Positions 8,191-17,666 of a stretch of DNA of 64,000 bases are shown one piece after another (position 1 is the first letter of the stretch; every line of letters begins with the position of its first letter). The position numbers and the translations under genes were made by a program. Below the pieces are notes generated by a model. That model worked only from the letters and a program-made list of their open reading frames with translations. It had not been told where the DNA came from and searched no databases. The DNA comes from an uncultured Treponemataceae bacterium (GTDB lineage: Bacteria; Spirochaetota; Spirochaetia; Treponematales; Rectinemataceae): contig CAYNPQ010000001.1 of assembly GCA_964399065.1 (NCBI GenBank), positions 8,717-72,716 of the forward strand. The letters are read 5' to 3'.

Positions 8191-10302
8191 TCAGGCCTCC
8201 TCCCCCTCGCCGCGCGAGTGCATGTAGTCGCAGTCGGGGTTGACGCAGGCCTTGCGCGGGCCGGTCCTCCGGTCGAACTTCTCCACGAGGAACCAGCCGC
8301 ACTTCGGGCAGCTCGAGCCCGTCGGCTTGCTGTAGGTGACGAAGCCGCAGTCGGGATAGCGCGAGCAGCCGTAGAACACCCGCCCGCGACCCTTCGCCCT
8401 CCGGCGGGCCACGACGTCGCCGCCGCACTTCGGGCAGGCGGCGAGAGGGATGGAGCGGGTGCTCCTGCAGCCGGGAAAGCCGGAGCAGGCCAGGAAGAAG
8501 CCGTAGCGACCGAGCTTCTTCACCATCGGCTTGCCGCACTTCTCGCAGGCGAGCTCCGTCGGCTCGTCGAGCACGCCGCGGTACGAGCCGAGGTCCTCCA
8601 TCACGCGGTCGACGCGCTCCTTGAAGGGGCCGTAGAAGTCGCGGATCGCGGCGCTCCACTCGGCCCGGCCCTCCTCGACCTCGTCGAGCCGGGCTTCCAT
8701 AGCCGCGGTGAATCCGACGTCCACCACCTCGGGGAAGTAGTCCGAGAGGATCTCGCCGATCATGCGGCCGAGGGCCGTCGGGACGAGCTGGCGGTCCTCG
8801 CGGACCACGTAGTAGCGCTCGAGGAGGACGGAGATGATGGGCGCGTAGGTCGAGGGCCTGCCGATGCCCCTCTCCTCGAGGACCTTGACGAGCGAGGCCT
8901 CCGTGTAGCGGGCGGGCCCCTCGCCGAAGCGCCGCTCGGCGCGTGCGCGCTCGACGCGGATCGACTCGCCGACGCGGAGGCCGGGGGCGGGGGACTCGGC
9001 GAGCTCCTCGCGCGGGGAACCCGGCTTGACGACCTTGAGGAATCCCCGCTCGACGACGCGCGAGGACGATACGCGGAAGACGGCGTCGCCCGACGCGAGC
9101 TCCGCCTCCGAGCGCCTGACCTTGGCGGGCGTCATCTGGCTCGCCGTGAAGCGCTCCCACACGAGGGAGTAGAGCCGCCGCTGGTCGCGCGTCAGCTGGT
9201 CGCGGAGGAGCTCCGGCGAGCGGGCGACGTCGGTGGGCCTGATCGCCTCGTGGGCGTCCTCGGCCCTGCCTCCGGCGGCGTAGGCGTTGGGCGATTCCGG
9301 CAACTCGGCGGGATGACGGGCGCGGATCCAGGCGCGGGCCTCCCCGACGGCCTCGTCCGCGACGCGGGCGGAGTCGCTGCGCATGTAGGTGACGAGTCCG
9401 ATGAGGGTCCCGCCGACCTCCACGCCCTCGTAGAGCTGCTGCGCCACCTGCATCGTCTTCTTGCTCGTGAAGCCGAGGCGGTCGGCCGCTGCCTGCAGGA
9501 GGGTCGAGGTCGTGAAGGGCGGCTCGGGCGCGACGAGTTCCTCGGACTCGCGGATCCCGACGACGACCGCGCCACCGGACAGGACGCCCTCGATCCCCGC
9601 GACGACGGCGGCCGCGGCGGCCTCGTCGGCGAGCCGGGGCGGCTCCCCGCGGAGGGAGACGAGCTCGCCGGAGAAGGAGCCCCGGCCCTTGCGGAAATCG
9701 GCCTCGACGCCCCAGCGCTCCTCGGGCAGGTGGGACTCGACCTCGCGCTCGCGCTCGCAGATCAGCCGGAGGGCCACGGACTGCACGCGCCCCGCGGAGA
9801 GGCCGTTCTTCACCTTCTTCCAAAGGAGGGGGGAGAGGTTGTAGCCGACGAGGCGGTCGAGGACGCGGCGCGCCTTCTGGGCCTCCACCTTGGCCGCGTC
9901 GAGGCCGCGCGGCGCGGCGACGGCCTCCCGTATCGCCCGGGGAGTGATCTCGTTGAAGACGATGCGCTCGACGGGGACGTCGCCGTCGAGGCCGAGCGAG
10001 CTGCCGACGAGGCTGGCGATGGCCTCGCCCTCGCGGTCGTTATCCGAGGCGAGGAGGACGCGCGAAGCCTTGGCGGCGGCCCTGCGCAGCTCCTTGAGGA
10101 GCTTCGCCTTGCCGCGCACGGTCAGGTACTCCGGCTCGAAGTCCCCCTCGACGGCGATCCCGAGCCTCGATTTCGGCAGGTCGATGAGATGGCCCATCGA
10201 GGCGAGGACGAGATAGCCAGGCCCGAGGTAGCCCTCTATCGTCCTCGCCTTGGCCGGCGACTCGACGATGACGAGGACCTTGGCCTCGCCGCGCTCAGCC
10301 AT
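8191..10302 (-). CDS. topA: DNA topoisomerase I
   Basis: 703 aa. Toprim start KVLVIVESPAKARTIEGYLG and C-terminal Cys4 zinc-ribbon repeats (CEKCGKPM..., CPKCGGDV..., CPKCGWF...). Confidence 0.95.
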   Translation of the reverse strand: MAERGEAKVLVIVESPAKARTIEGYLGPGYLVLASMGHLIDLPKSRLGIAVEGDFEPEYLTVRGKAKLLKELRRAAAKASRVLLASDNDREGEAIASLVGSSLGLDGDVPVERIVFNEITPRAIREAVAAPRGLDAAKVEAQKARRVLDRLVGYNLSPLLWKKVKNGLSAGRVQSVALRLICEREREVESHLPEERWGVEADFRKGRGSFSGELVSLRGEPPRLADEAAAAAVVAGIEGVLSGGAVVVGIRESEELVAPEPPFTTSTLLQAAADRLGFTSKKTMQVAQQLYEGVEVGGTLIGLVTYMRSDSARVADEAVGEARAWIRARHPAELPESPNAYAAGGRAEDAHEAIRPTDVARSPELLRDQLTRDQRRLYSLVWERFTASQMTPAKVRRSEAELASGDAVFRVSSSRVVERGFLKVVKPGSPREELAESPAPGLRVGESIRVERARAERRFGEGPARYTEASLVKVLEERGIGRPSTYAPIISVLLERYYVVREDRQLVPTALGRMIGEILSDYFPEVVDVGFTAAMEARLDEVEEGRAEWSAAIRDFYGPFKERVDRVMEDLGSYRGVLDEPTELACEKCGKPMVKKLGRYGFFLACSGFPGCRSTRSIPLAACPKCGGDVVARRRAKGRGRVFYGCSRYPDCGFVTYSKPTGSSCPKCGWFLVEKFDRRTGPRKACVNPDCDYMHSRGEGEEA

Positions 10303-11323
10303 GGAGTTCCGCTCCCGCGGCGGCGAGGCCGAGCTCGGCGCGCAGAGAGGCCGCGAGGCTCCTGCCGGCGCCGCCCGGGCTCGGCGAGGCCGCCGCCAGC
10401 GCGAGGGTCGAGGGCATGAAGCAGGCGCGGCGCGCGGCCGCGGGGACGCGGAGGCCCCAGTCCTCGAGGAGCTCGGCCGCGAAGGAGAGGGCGCGCGCGC
10501 CGTCAGCCTCGAGCCTGTCCGAGCCCGCGCTCCTCGGCCCCCCCGAGCAAGGCGCGGAGACCCACACGTCGCGCCCCTCCTGGAGCGCGTGCTCGGCGGT
10601 GATGAGGGCGCCCGAGCCCTCGGGCGCCTCGACGACCGCGCAGGCCCGCGCGACGCCCGCGATGATGCGGTTGCGCTCGGGGAAACGGTACTTGTGCATG
10701 CCCGAGTCGGGCGGGTACTCCGTCATGAGGAGGCCGCCCGAGTCGAGGATCGCGGCGGCGAGCTCCTTGTTGGATGGCGGGTAGATCGCGTCGGGGCCGC
10801 AGGGGAGGACGGCGCAGGTGGGGCCGCAGGCCTCGATGGCGCCGCGGTGCGCGGCCGCGTCGATGCCGCGCGCGAGGCCCGAGACCACGGGCAGGCCGGA
10901 GGCCGCGAGGCCGAAGGCGAGGCGGCGGGCCGCGTCGAGGCCCCGGCCGGTCGGGGAGCGGGTGCCGACGATCGCCGCGCAGGGTACATCGGCGGGCAGG
11001 GATGTGCCGCGGTAATACAGCCCGAAGGGCGGTCGGAAGGTCTCCCGGAGCAGGGGAGGATACTCTGGGTCGTCGAAGAGGACCTGGCGCGCGCCGATCC
11101 GCGCGAGGAGGATCGCGTCCTCCGCGGCGGCCTCGAGGAGGGAGGCCGGCGCCCAGGCCGCGGATTCGAACCTTCTGCCGACGAAGGATTCCAGGTCGCG
11201 GAGGGAGAGGGACGCGAAGGCGGCCTCGTCGGCGACGAGGTCCCAGACGAGGAGCTTCTCGTCCGGACGAAGGGAGGGCGCGCGCTGGAGGGCCAGCGCG
11301 ACGAGCTCCCTACGGCTTCCCAT
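10295..11323 (-). CDS. dprA: DNA processing protein DprA (Smf)
   Basis: 342 aa with the DprA core GTRSPTGRGLDAARRLAFGLAASGLPVVSGLARGIDAAAHRGAIE. 8-nt overlap with the topA start. Confidence 0.9.
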   Translation of the reverse strand: MGSRRELVALALQRAPSLRPDEKLLVWDLVADEAAFASLSLRDLESFVGRRFESAAWAPASLLEAAAEDAILLARIGARQVLFDDPEYPPLLRETFRPPFGLYYRGTSLPADVPCAAIVGTRSPTGRGLDAARRLAFGLAASGLPVVSGLARGIDAAAHRGAIEACGPTCAVLPCGPDAIYPPSNKELAAAILDSGGLLMTEYPPDSGMHKYRFPERNRIIAGVARACAVVEAPEGSGALITAEHALQEGRDVWVSAPCSGGPRSAGSDRLEADGARALSFAAELLEDWGLRVPAAARRACFMPSTLALAAASPSPGGAGRSLAASLRAELGLAAAGAELHG

Positions 11324-12155
11324 TCCTGCCTCCGCCGGACTCCCCGAGGAGCTTGGCCCGGTTGTCCTCGGCGGCCTTGCGCTTCTCGGCCACCACCGTC
11401 GTCTTGGCCGCCGTCTCGTACCAGTTGACGGCGTCCTCGATCTTGCCGAGCTCCGCGTAGCAGCGCGCGAGGAGGAGCATCGCGTCGACGTTCTTGGTCT
11501 CGAAGCCGAGGAGCTCGACGAGGAGGGCCGCGGCCTCCGCTGGCCGGGAGAGCTCGAAGGCGTAGAGCACCGCGGCGCCGTACAGGGCCTGTGACGAGCG
11601 GGGGTTGATGGCGATGGCCCGCTTGTAGCTCGACTCCGAGATCCCGTACCAGCGGTCCTTCTCCGCGGCTCCCTCCTTGCCCTTGATGTCGAGGGACTTG
11701 GCGACGTAGGCGGCGCAGGTGCCGGCGTCGCAGTAGATCCGCGCGTCGTCGGGGTAGCTCTGTGAGGCGAGGACGAGGACGTCGTAGGCGTCCCTGAACA
11801 TGCGCTTCCCGATGTAGCGGTCGGCGAGGGCGATGCGATAGGTCCCCAGGTTAGCCGACGCGTCGAGGCCGAGTTGGGCGGCCTCGCCGTACTTCTTCGC
11901 CTCGGCCTGGGTCGCGTAGCCGGCGATGGCCTCCTTGAGCTGGTCCACGGACATGGAGCTCTTGTCGGACTCGACGACCGATTTCGGCCTGAAGGCGCGC
12001 TGGAGGGCCTTGCCGTCGGAGCAGCCGGGCAGGCCTGCCGCGAGGGCGAAGGAGAGGACGAGGTGGACCGCCGCGCGGCGGGCTCGACCCTCGCCCCGCC
12101 GGCCCTCGTTTCCGGTATCCATGGCTTCCATGCACCTTCCTCCTCTCCCCTGCAT
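11310..12155 (-). CDS. TPR-repeat lipoprotein (function unknown)
   Basis: Signal peptide with lipobox-like LAAGLPGC, then TPR-like helices (AINPRSSQALYGAAVLYAFELSRPAEAAALL, LLLARCYAELGKIEDAVNWYE). Start uncertain (ATG at 12155, 12131 or 12122). Confidence 0.65.
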   Translation of the reverse strand: MQGRGGRCMEAMDTGNEGRRGEGRARRAAVHLVLSFALAAGLPGCSDGKALQRAFRPKSVVESDKSSMSVDQLKEAIAGYATQAEAKKYGEAAQLGLDASANLGTYRIALADRYIGKRMFRDAYDVLVLASQSYPDDARIYCDAGTCAAYVAKSLDIKGKEGAAEKDRWYGISESSYKRAIAINPRSSQALYGAAVLYAFELSRPAEAAALLVELLGFETKNVDAMLLLARCYAELGKIEDAVNWYETAAKTTVVAEKRKAAEDNRAKLLGESGGGRNGKP

Positions 12156-12194
12156 CCTCGCGCGCGGCGACGCCCCGCGCTTGGGCCGGGTCGG

Positions 12195-13148
12195 TTATTT
12201 CCTCGGGAAGTAGTCCCGATGGTAATCCTTCAGGGCCTCGGGCTCGATGTGGGTGTAGATCTGGGTGGTGGCGATGTCGGAATGCCCGAGGAGCTCCTGC
12301 ACGGTCCTGAGGTCGGCGCCCCCCGCGAGCAGGTGGGTGGCGAAGCTGTGGCGGAAGGTATGGACCTTCGCGTCCAGCCCCGAGGCGTCGCGGAAGCCGT
12401 CGAAGCGCTTCCAGATCCCCTTGCGCGAGATGCCGCGGCCGGCCTGGTTCAGGAAGACGCGGTCCGTCCGCCCCTTGGCGAGGCTCGGCCGCCCCTCCTC
12501 GAGGTAGCGGGCGAGCCAGGCGGCGGCCTCCTCGCCGAAGGGCACGAGCCGCTCCTTGCGGCGCTTGCCGACGACGCGGATGACGCGCTCGTTGAGGTAG
12601 AGCTGGTCGAAGGTGAGGGCCGCGGCCTCCGAGATGCGGAGCCCGCAGGAGTAGATCAGCTCGAAGAGCGCCCGGTCGCGGAGGCCCCGCGGCGTGCCCG
12701 GGTCGATCGTCGCGAGGAAGCGGTCCACCTCTTCGGGGGCGAGCACCGCGGGCAGGGAGCGGTCCTGCTTCGGCGTCTCGATGAGCTCGCTCGGGTCGTC
12801 CGCGCGGATGCCCTCGAGCCGCATGAACTTGTAATAGGCATGGACGCTCGACACGATGCGCGCCATCGTTTTCCGCGTGAGCACGCGCGCATCCTCGCGG
12901 TCCGGCGCATCCTCGCGGTCCCGCGTATCCTCGCGAGCTCGACCATCCTCGCGGGCCGCACCCCCCGTCTGCCTCCACACGAGGTAGCAGAGGAGGTCGG
13001 AGCTGCCGGCCGTCTCGGGCCTGAGGCCGCTCGACGCGAGCCAGCGCCCGAGCGTGGCCGCCTCGCGGAGGTAGACCTCGGCGGTGAGCGGCGAGCGGCG
13101 CCGCGCGGCGAGGAGGTAGGCGCGGTAGCGGCCCTCGAGCTCGTCCAA
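12195..13148 (-). CDS. xerD: Tyrosine recombinase XerD-type, with a 24-aa repeat insertion
   Basis: Catalytic region [38 protein letters not shown]. The track ORF (to 13286) overlaps the ftsZ 3' end. I place the start at TTG 13148..13146, 2 nt after the ftsZ stop and 6 nt after GAGG, giving (M)DELEGRYRAYLLAARRRSPLT.... Confidence 0.85.
   Translation of the reverse strand: MDELEGRYRAYLLAARRRSPLTAEVYLREAATLGRWLASSGLRPETAGSSDLLCYLVWRQTGGAAREDGRAREDTRDREDAPDREDARVLTRKTMARIVSSVHAYYKFMRLEGIRADDPSELIETPKQDRSLPAVLAPEEVDRFLATIDPGTPRGLRDRALFELIYSCGLRISEAAALTFDQLYLNERVIRVVGKRRKERLVPFGEEAAAWLARYLEEGRPSLAKGRTDRVFLNQAGRGISRKGIWKRFDGFRDASGLDAKVHTFRHSFATHLLAGGADLRTVQELLGHSDIATTQIYTHIEPEALKDYHRDYFPRK
12891..12962 (-). 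repeat. In-frame 18-bp tandem repeat x4 inside xerD (REDGRA-REDTRD-REDAPD-REDARV)
   Basis: atcctcgcg recurs at 12891, 12909, 12927 and 12945 (exact 18-bp period). Confidence 0.95.
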
Positions 13149-13150
13149 GC

Positions 13151-14329
13151 TCAGGCCTCGTTCTTCTCGGACGCGAAGCGGCGGTCGCGGAGCACGGTCG
13201 GGATGTCGAGCTCGTCCTCCTCGGCGTTGCGCCCGAGGAGGTACTGCTTGTTCTTCGCCGTCGGGGCCTCGGTGATGCGCTTCCACTCGTCGGGCGAGAG
13301 GTAGTCCTCGAAGCCGCGGCGGGCGGCGGGCGCCTTCGCCTCGGCCGGGCGCTCGTCTGAGCGGATGCCGCGCTGGAAGCCCGTGGCGATCACCGTGACC
13401 CTGACCTCGTCCCCGATGTTCGGGTCGATGATGAGGCCGGGCTTCTGGAAGAACTCGCGGTCGGCGCTCTCGGTGATGAGGTTGAGGATCTCCTCGTACT
13501 CGGTGAGCGAGAAGTCCTCGCCGCCGGTGACGTTGATGAGGATGTTCCTCGCGCCCTCGATCCTCGCGTCCTCGAGGAGGGGGTTGTTGATCGCCTTGGA
13601 GGCGGCCTCGACGGCGCGGTTGTCGCCGGAGGCGGCGCCGATGCCCATGATGGCGTCGCCCATGCCCTGCATGACGGTCGTCACGTCGGCGAAGTCGATG
13701 TTGATCTCGCCGGGCACGGTGATGAGGTCGGATATGGCCTGCACGCCCTGGCGGAGCACGTCGTCCGCGAGGAGGAAGGCCTGCCTGATGGGCGTCCTGC
13801 GCTCGACCACCTTGAGGAGGTGCTGGTTCGGGATGACGATGAGGGTGTCGACGGCCTGGCGGAGCTTCTCGATCCCCTCCTCGGCGAGCCGGCCCTTGAC
13901 GCGCCCCTCGAAGTCGAAGGGCCGCGTGACGACGCCCACCGTGAGGGCGCCGGAGTCACGCGCGACCTGGGCGATGACGGGCGCCGCGCCGGTGCCCGTG
14001 CCGCCGCCCATGCCCGCGGTCACGAAGACCATGTCGGCCCCGGACAGTGCCTCCGCTATGGCCTCGCGGTCCTCGAGGGCGGCCTTCTCGCCCACCTCGG
14101 GCTTGCCGCCGGCCCCGAGCCCGTGCGTGACCTTGGACCCGAGGGGAAGCTTGACCTCGGCCCTCGAGAGGTTCAGCGCCTGCACGTCGGTGTTCGCCAC
14201 GATGAACTGCACGTTGCGCAGCCCCGCGGCGATCATCCTGTTCACCGCGTTCGATCCGCCCCCGCCCGCGCCTATCACCTTGATGACCGTGGGACTGAAG
14301 GCCCGATCGTCGACTACCTCGATATTCAT
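13151..14329 (-). CDS. ftsZ: Cell division protein FtsZ
   Basis: Track ORF 13151..15154 trimmed to the ATG at 14329: [33 protein letters not shown]..., tubulin signature [12 protein letters not shown]-terminal peptide [15 protein letters not shown]. Confidence 0.95.
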   Translation of the reverse strand: MNIEVVDDRAFSPTVIKVIGAGGGGSNAVNRMIAAGLRNVQFIVANTDVQALNLSRAEVKLPLGSKVTHGLGAGGKPEVGEKAALEDREAIAEALSGADMVFVTAGMGGGTGTGAAPVIAQVARDSGALTVGVVTRPFDFEGRVKGRLAEEGIEKLRQAVDTLIVIPNQHLLKVVERRTPIRQAFLLADDVLRQGVQAISDLITVPGEINIDFADVTTVMQGMGDAIMGIGAASGDNRAVEAASKAINNPLLEDARIEGARNILINVTGGEDFSLTEYEEILNLITESADREFFQKPGLIIDPNIGDEVRVTVIATGFQRGIRSDERPAEAKAPAARRGFEDYLSPDEWKRITEAPTAKNKQYLLGRNAEEDELDIPTVLRDRRFASEKNEA

Positions 14330-14397
14330 GTTCCCCTCCCCTTCCCCTTCGTTGCCTTTATCACCTGGCGGCCACTCCCCAGCGGCCGGCGACGCTC

Positions 14398-15666
14398 TCA
14401 GAAAAACCCGTTCCTGAACCAGTCCGCGATGCGCCTGAGCGCGCCATCCCGCTCGGCCGGCTTCGCCTTGCCCTGGCGCTCGGCGACCCTGGGCGCAGCC
14501 CTCGCCGCCGCCTCGGGCCCGCCAAGGGCCTCCGCGCCGAGGAGCACCAGGCCGACGCCCGTCGCGTAGAGCGGACTCCGGTACTCGTCGACGAGGCCGC
14601 CCAAGGTGATCGGATTGCCGATCCGCACGGGCAGCTGGAAGATCTCCTGGGCGAGTTCGGTCGCGCCCTGCATGAGGGCGCCCCCGCCCGTGAGGACCAC
14701 GCCGCCCTTGATGTGGCGCCAGTGCCCCATCTTCTCGACGCGCTCGCGCGCCATGTGGAAGATCTCCTCCATCCTCGGCTGCACGATCGAGCAGAGCCTC
14801 CGCCGGCTCGTCTCCGCGGGCGCGCGCCCGCCGACGCCGGGGACGATCACCGTCTCCTCGGGATCGACCGACTCGAGCCAGGCGGAGGCGGACTCGCGCT
14901 TCAAACGCTCCGCGGCCTCCATCGGTATGCTCAGCATGATGGACACGTCGTTCGTCACCTGCGAGCCGCCGACCGGGATGACGCTCGTGTAGTAGGGGGC
15001 GCCGTCCGCGTAGACGAGGAGGTCGGTGGTCCCGCCGCCGAGGTCCACGAGGAGGCAGCCGAGCTCCTTCTCGTCCGAGCTCAGGGTGGCGCGGGCCGCC
15101 GCGAGGCTCTGGAGGAGGAGCCGCTCGACCTTGAAGCCGGCGCGGTTCACGCACTTCACGAGGTTCTGCGCCGTGGTGACCGAGCCCGTGATGATGTGCA
15201 CCTCGGCCTCGAGCCTCACGCCGATCATGTCGAGGGGATTGCGGATCCCCTTCTGGTCGTCGACGATGAAGGTCTGCGGAATGACATGGAGGACCTCGCG
15301 GTCCATCGGGATCACCACGGCGCGCGCCGCCTCGATGACTCGGTCCACGTCCTCGCGCGTGATCTCGCGGCCCTTGCCGGTCACGGCGACGACGCCGCGG
15401 GAGTTGATCCCCTCGACGTTCGCGCCGGCGACGCCGACGAAGGCTTCCTTGGCCTCGCGTCCCGACATGAGCTCCGCCGCCTCGACCGCCGCGGCGACCG
15501 AGGCGAGGGTCGACTCGATGTTCACGACGACGCCGCGCCGGAGCCCCGTCGAGGGGGCCACGCCGACGCCGGTGATCTCGAGCACGCCGTTCTCGTTGTA
15601 CTCGCCGACGACGGCGCGCGTGTTGGACGTGCCGACGTCGAGGCCGACTATCAGGTTGTCAGTCAG
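14398..15666 (-). CDS. ftsA: Cell division protein FtsA (start extended beyond the tracked GTG; probable CTG start)
   Basis: Actin-fold protein. The tracked start (GTG 15585) omits the phosphate-1 loop, which is encoded in frame just upstream ([23 protein letters not shown]). AAGGAGG at 15679..15673 lies 6 nt before CTG 15666. The start codon is uncertain. Confidence 0.85.
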   Translation of the reverse strand: MTDNLIVGLDVGTSNTRAVVGEYNENGVLEITGVGVAPSTGLRRGVVVNIESTLASVAAAVEAAELMSGREAKEAFVGVAGANVEGINSRGVVAVTGKGREITREDVDRVIEAARAVVIPMDREVLHVIPQTFIVDDQKGIRNPLDMIGVRLEAEVHIITGSVTTAQNLVKCVNRAGFKVERLLLQSLAAARATLSSDEKELGCLLVDLGGGTTDLLVYADGAPYYTSVIPVGGSQVTNDVSIMLSIPMEAAERLKRESASAWLESVDPEETVIVPGVGGRAPAETSRRRLCSIVQPRMEEIFHMARERVEKMGHWRHIKGGVVLTGGGALMQGATELAQEIFQLPVRIGNPITLGGLVDEYRSPLYATGVGLVLLGAEALGGPEAAARAAPRVAERQGKAKPAERDGALRRIADWFRNGFF

Positions 15667-16465
15667 GATGTCCCTCCTTGCCGCGGTAGACGACGGTTCC
15701 GGCCCGGAAATCGAGCTCGGAGACCGCGGCTTCCATCCCCCTCGAGCCCAGTACGTCGAGGACGAGCAGTATCGAACGAAGATCGGAGGCGCTCGGGGAC
15801 GGGCCCGTCCTCGCCGGCACGCGATGGCGCATCGGGTAGAGGAGAAGCTCGACCTCGCCGTAGCGGGAGCGCGAGATCTTGATCTCGGAGAAGGCCGCCG
15901 CCAGCGCGGGCTCCCGGGAGGCGATCTCCCCGAGGGCCCGCAGCGGCGCCGCGAGCTCGGCGGGCAGCCTCGCGCCCGGCCGGAAGTTCTCGATGCGGAG
16001 GCCCGAGAGCACGGGCAGGGCGCCGGCCGGCGGGTAGGAGCCGCCGGCGAGGGCGAAGGCCACGCCCTCGGCGTCGAGGCAGGCGAGGGCCTGCGTGCCG
16101 CCGGCCTCCACGAGCACCGAGGCGACGGGCCTGCGCTCCGCCACCTCGACGCGGAGGCCGTTGGGGAAGAGCCTCGACACCTTCGCCGAGGCGACGCGGG
16201 GATCCGACTCGAGGGCGGCCTTCGCGCGCTCGGGGCTGGCCGAGAAGAAGGGCTCGCCGGGGCGCAGCAGGGCCGCGGCGAGGACCTCCTCGCGGGTCAT
16301 GCAGGCGGAGCCGCGGACGTCGAAGCGCGTCACGCGGAGGAGCGACGGCAGCGCGAGGGCGCCCAGGGCCGCGAGCACGCAGACGCCGGCGGCCAAGGCG
16401 AGCAGGCGGGCGGCGGCGCCGAGGAAGCGCTCGGCGCGGGGCCTCGAGGCGGCGAGCTCAGGCAT
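15659..16465 (-). CDS. ftsQ: Cell division protein FtsQ/DivIB
   Basis: 268 aa. Single TM (LLALAAGVCVLAALGALAL) then a POTRA-like segment (VTRFDVRGSACMTREEVLAAALLRPGEPFF). Located between ftsW and ftsA. Confidence 0.75.
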   Translation of the reverse strand: MPELAASRPRAERFLGAAARLLALAAGVCVLAALGALALPSLLRVTRFDVRGSACMTREEVLAAALLRPGEPFFSASPERAKAALESDPRVASAKVSRLFPNGLRVEVAERRPVASVLVEAGGTQALACLDAEGVAFALAGGSYPPAGALPVLSGLRIENFRPGARLPAELAAPLRALGEIASREPALAAAFSEIKISRSRYGEVELLLYPMRHRVPARTGPSPSASDLRSILLVLDVLGSRGMEAAVSELDFRAGTVVYRGKEGHPD

Positions 16466-17651
16466 CGTAGGCCTCCCGCGCCGGCGCCCGCGAGGAGGCG
16501 TCGCGGCGGGCCGCGTCGGGGACCCGCCCGCGGCTCAGGTTGTAGAGGAGGCCGCCCGCGCAGGCGGTCGAGACCAGCGAGGTCCCGCCCGCGGAGAAGA
16601 AGGGCAGCGCGATGCCGGTGGCGGGGACGAGTCCCCCGGCCACCGCGACGTTGACGAGGACCTCCATGACCAGGAGGGCGGAGAGTCCGAAGCAGAGGTA
16701 GGAGCGGAAGCGGTCCTCCTCCGCGAAGGCGAGCCTGAAGGCCCTCCACGCGAAGAAGCCCCAGAGGGCGAAGAAGGCGAGGACGCCGAGGAAGCCCGTC
16801 TCCTCGGCCCAGGCCGCGAAGACGAAGTCCGACTGCACCTCGGGGATGCTCGCGAGCTTCATGGTGCCCAGGCCGATGCCCTTGCCGAGGAAGCCGCCGG
16901 AGCGGATCGCCTTGATGGAGCCAAGGACCTGGTAGCCCTGGCCGTGCGGTTCGTAGGCCGGGAAGAGGAAGGCGAGGATGCGGCGGAGACGGAAGTCCGA
17001 GGTAAGGACGGAGAGGGCCGCGAGGGGCGCGGCGGCGGCCCCGAGGCCGAGGAAGAAGGAGACCGGGGCTCCGGCGGCCCAGAACATGATGGCCGCGGCC
17101 GCGCCGATTATGACCGCGGTGGAGAAGTCGTTCTGCAGGAAGACGACGACGCAGCCTAGGGCGCAGAGGAGGAGGGGCGGTACCAGGGAGGAGCCGCCGC
17201 GGGCGTCGCGCCCTTCCTCGACGGCCTCGGCGCGCTTCTCGAGGATGTGCGCGAGGTAGAAGATCGAGGCGAGCTTCCAGAGCTCGGAGGGCTGGAAGGT
17301 CGTGAAGCCGAGGTCGATCCAGCGCGAGGCGCCGTTGCGCGACTCGCCGAGCCCCGGCAGGAAGGGCAGGAAGAGCGAGGCGAGGGCGCCGAGGGTGATC
17401 GGCCCGACCTTGGCGCGGAGCTTCTCGAGCGGGATCGAGGCGCAGGCGAGGAAGACGAGGAGGGACGGGCCCATGAAGGCGAGCTGGCGCAGCGCGAAGT
17501 GCTGCGGGCCCTTGCCCAGGGAGAGGGCGTAGCCGGAGGAGGCCGACCAGAGGGCGGCCAGCCCCGTCCCCGCGAGGAGGAAGAGCGCGGCGAGGAGGGA
17601 GGGATCCCCCCTCTCGGCCGCGCGCGTCCTCTCCGCCTCGAATCCCCGCAT
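16458..17651 (-). CDS. ftsW: SEDS-family peptidoglycan polymerase FtsW
   Basis: 397-aa polytopic membrane protein with RWIDLGFTTFQPSELWKLASIFYLAHIL, PEVQSDFVFAAWAEETGFLG and LPFFSAGGTSLV. dcw position. Confidence 0.85.
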   Translation of the reverse strand: MRGFEAERTRAAERGDPSLLAALFLLAGTGLAALWSASSGYALSLGKGPQHFALRQLAFMGPSLLVFLACASIPLEKLRAKVGPITLGALASLFLPFLPGLGESRNGASRWIDLGFTTFQPSELWKLASIFYLAHILEKRAEAVEEGRDARGGSSLVPPLLLCALGCVVVFLQNDFSTAVIIGAAAAIMFWAAGAPVSFFLGLGAAAAPLAALSVLTSDFRLRRILAFLFPAYEPHGQGYQVLGSIKAIRSGGFLGKGIGLGTMKLASIPEVQSDFVFAAWAEETGFLGVLAFFALWGFFAWRAFRLAFAEEDRFRSYLCFGLSALLVMEVLVNVAVAGGLVPATGIALPFFSAGGTSLVSTACAGGLLYNLSRGRVPDAARRDASSRAPAREAYDA

Positions 17652-17666
17652 CGCTTCCGTCCCTTC

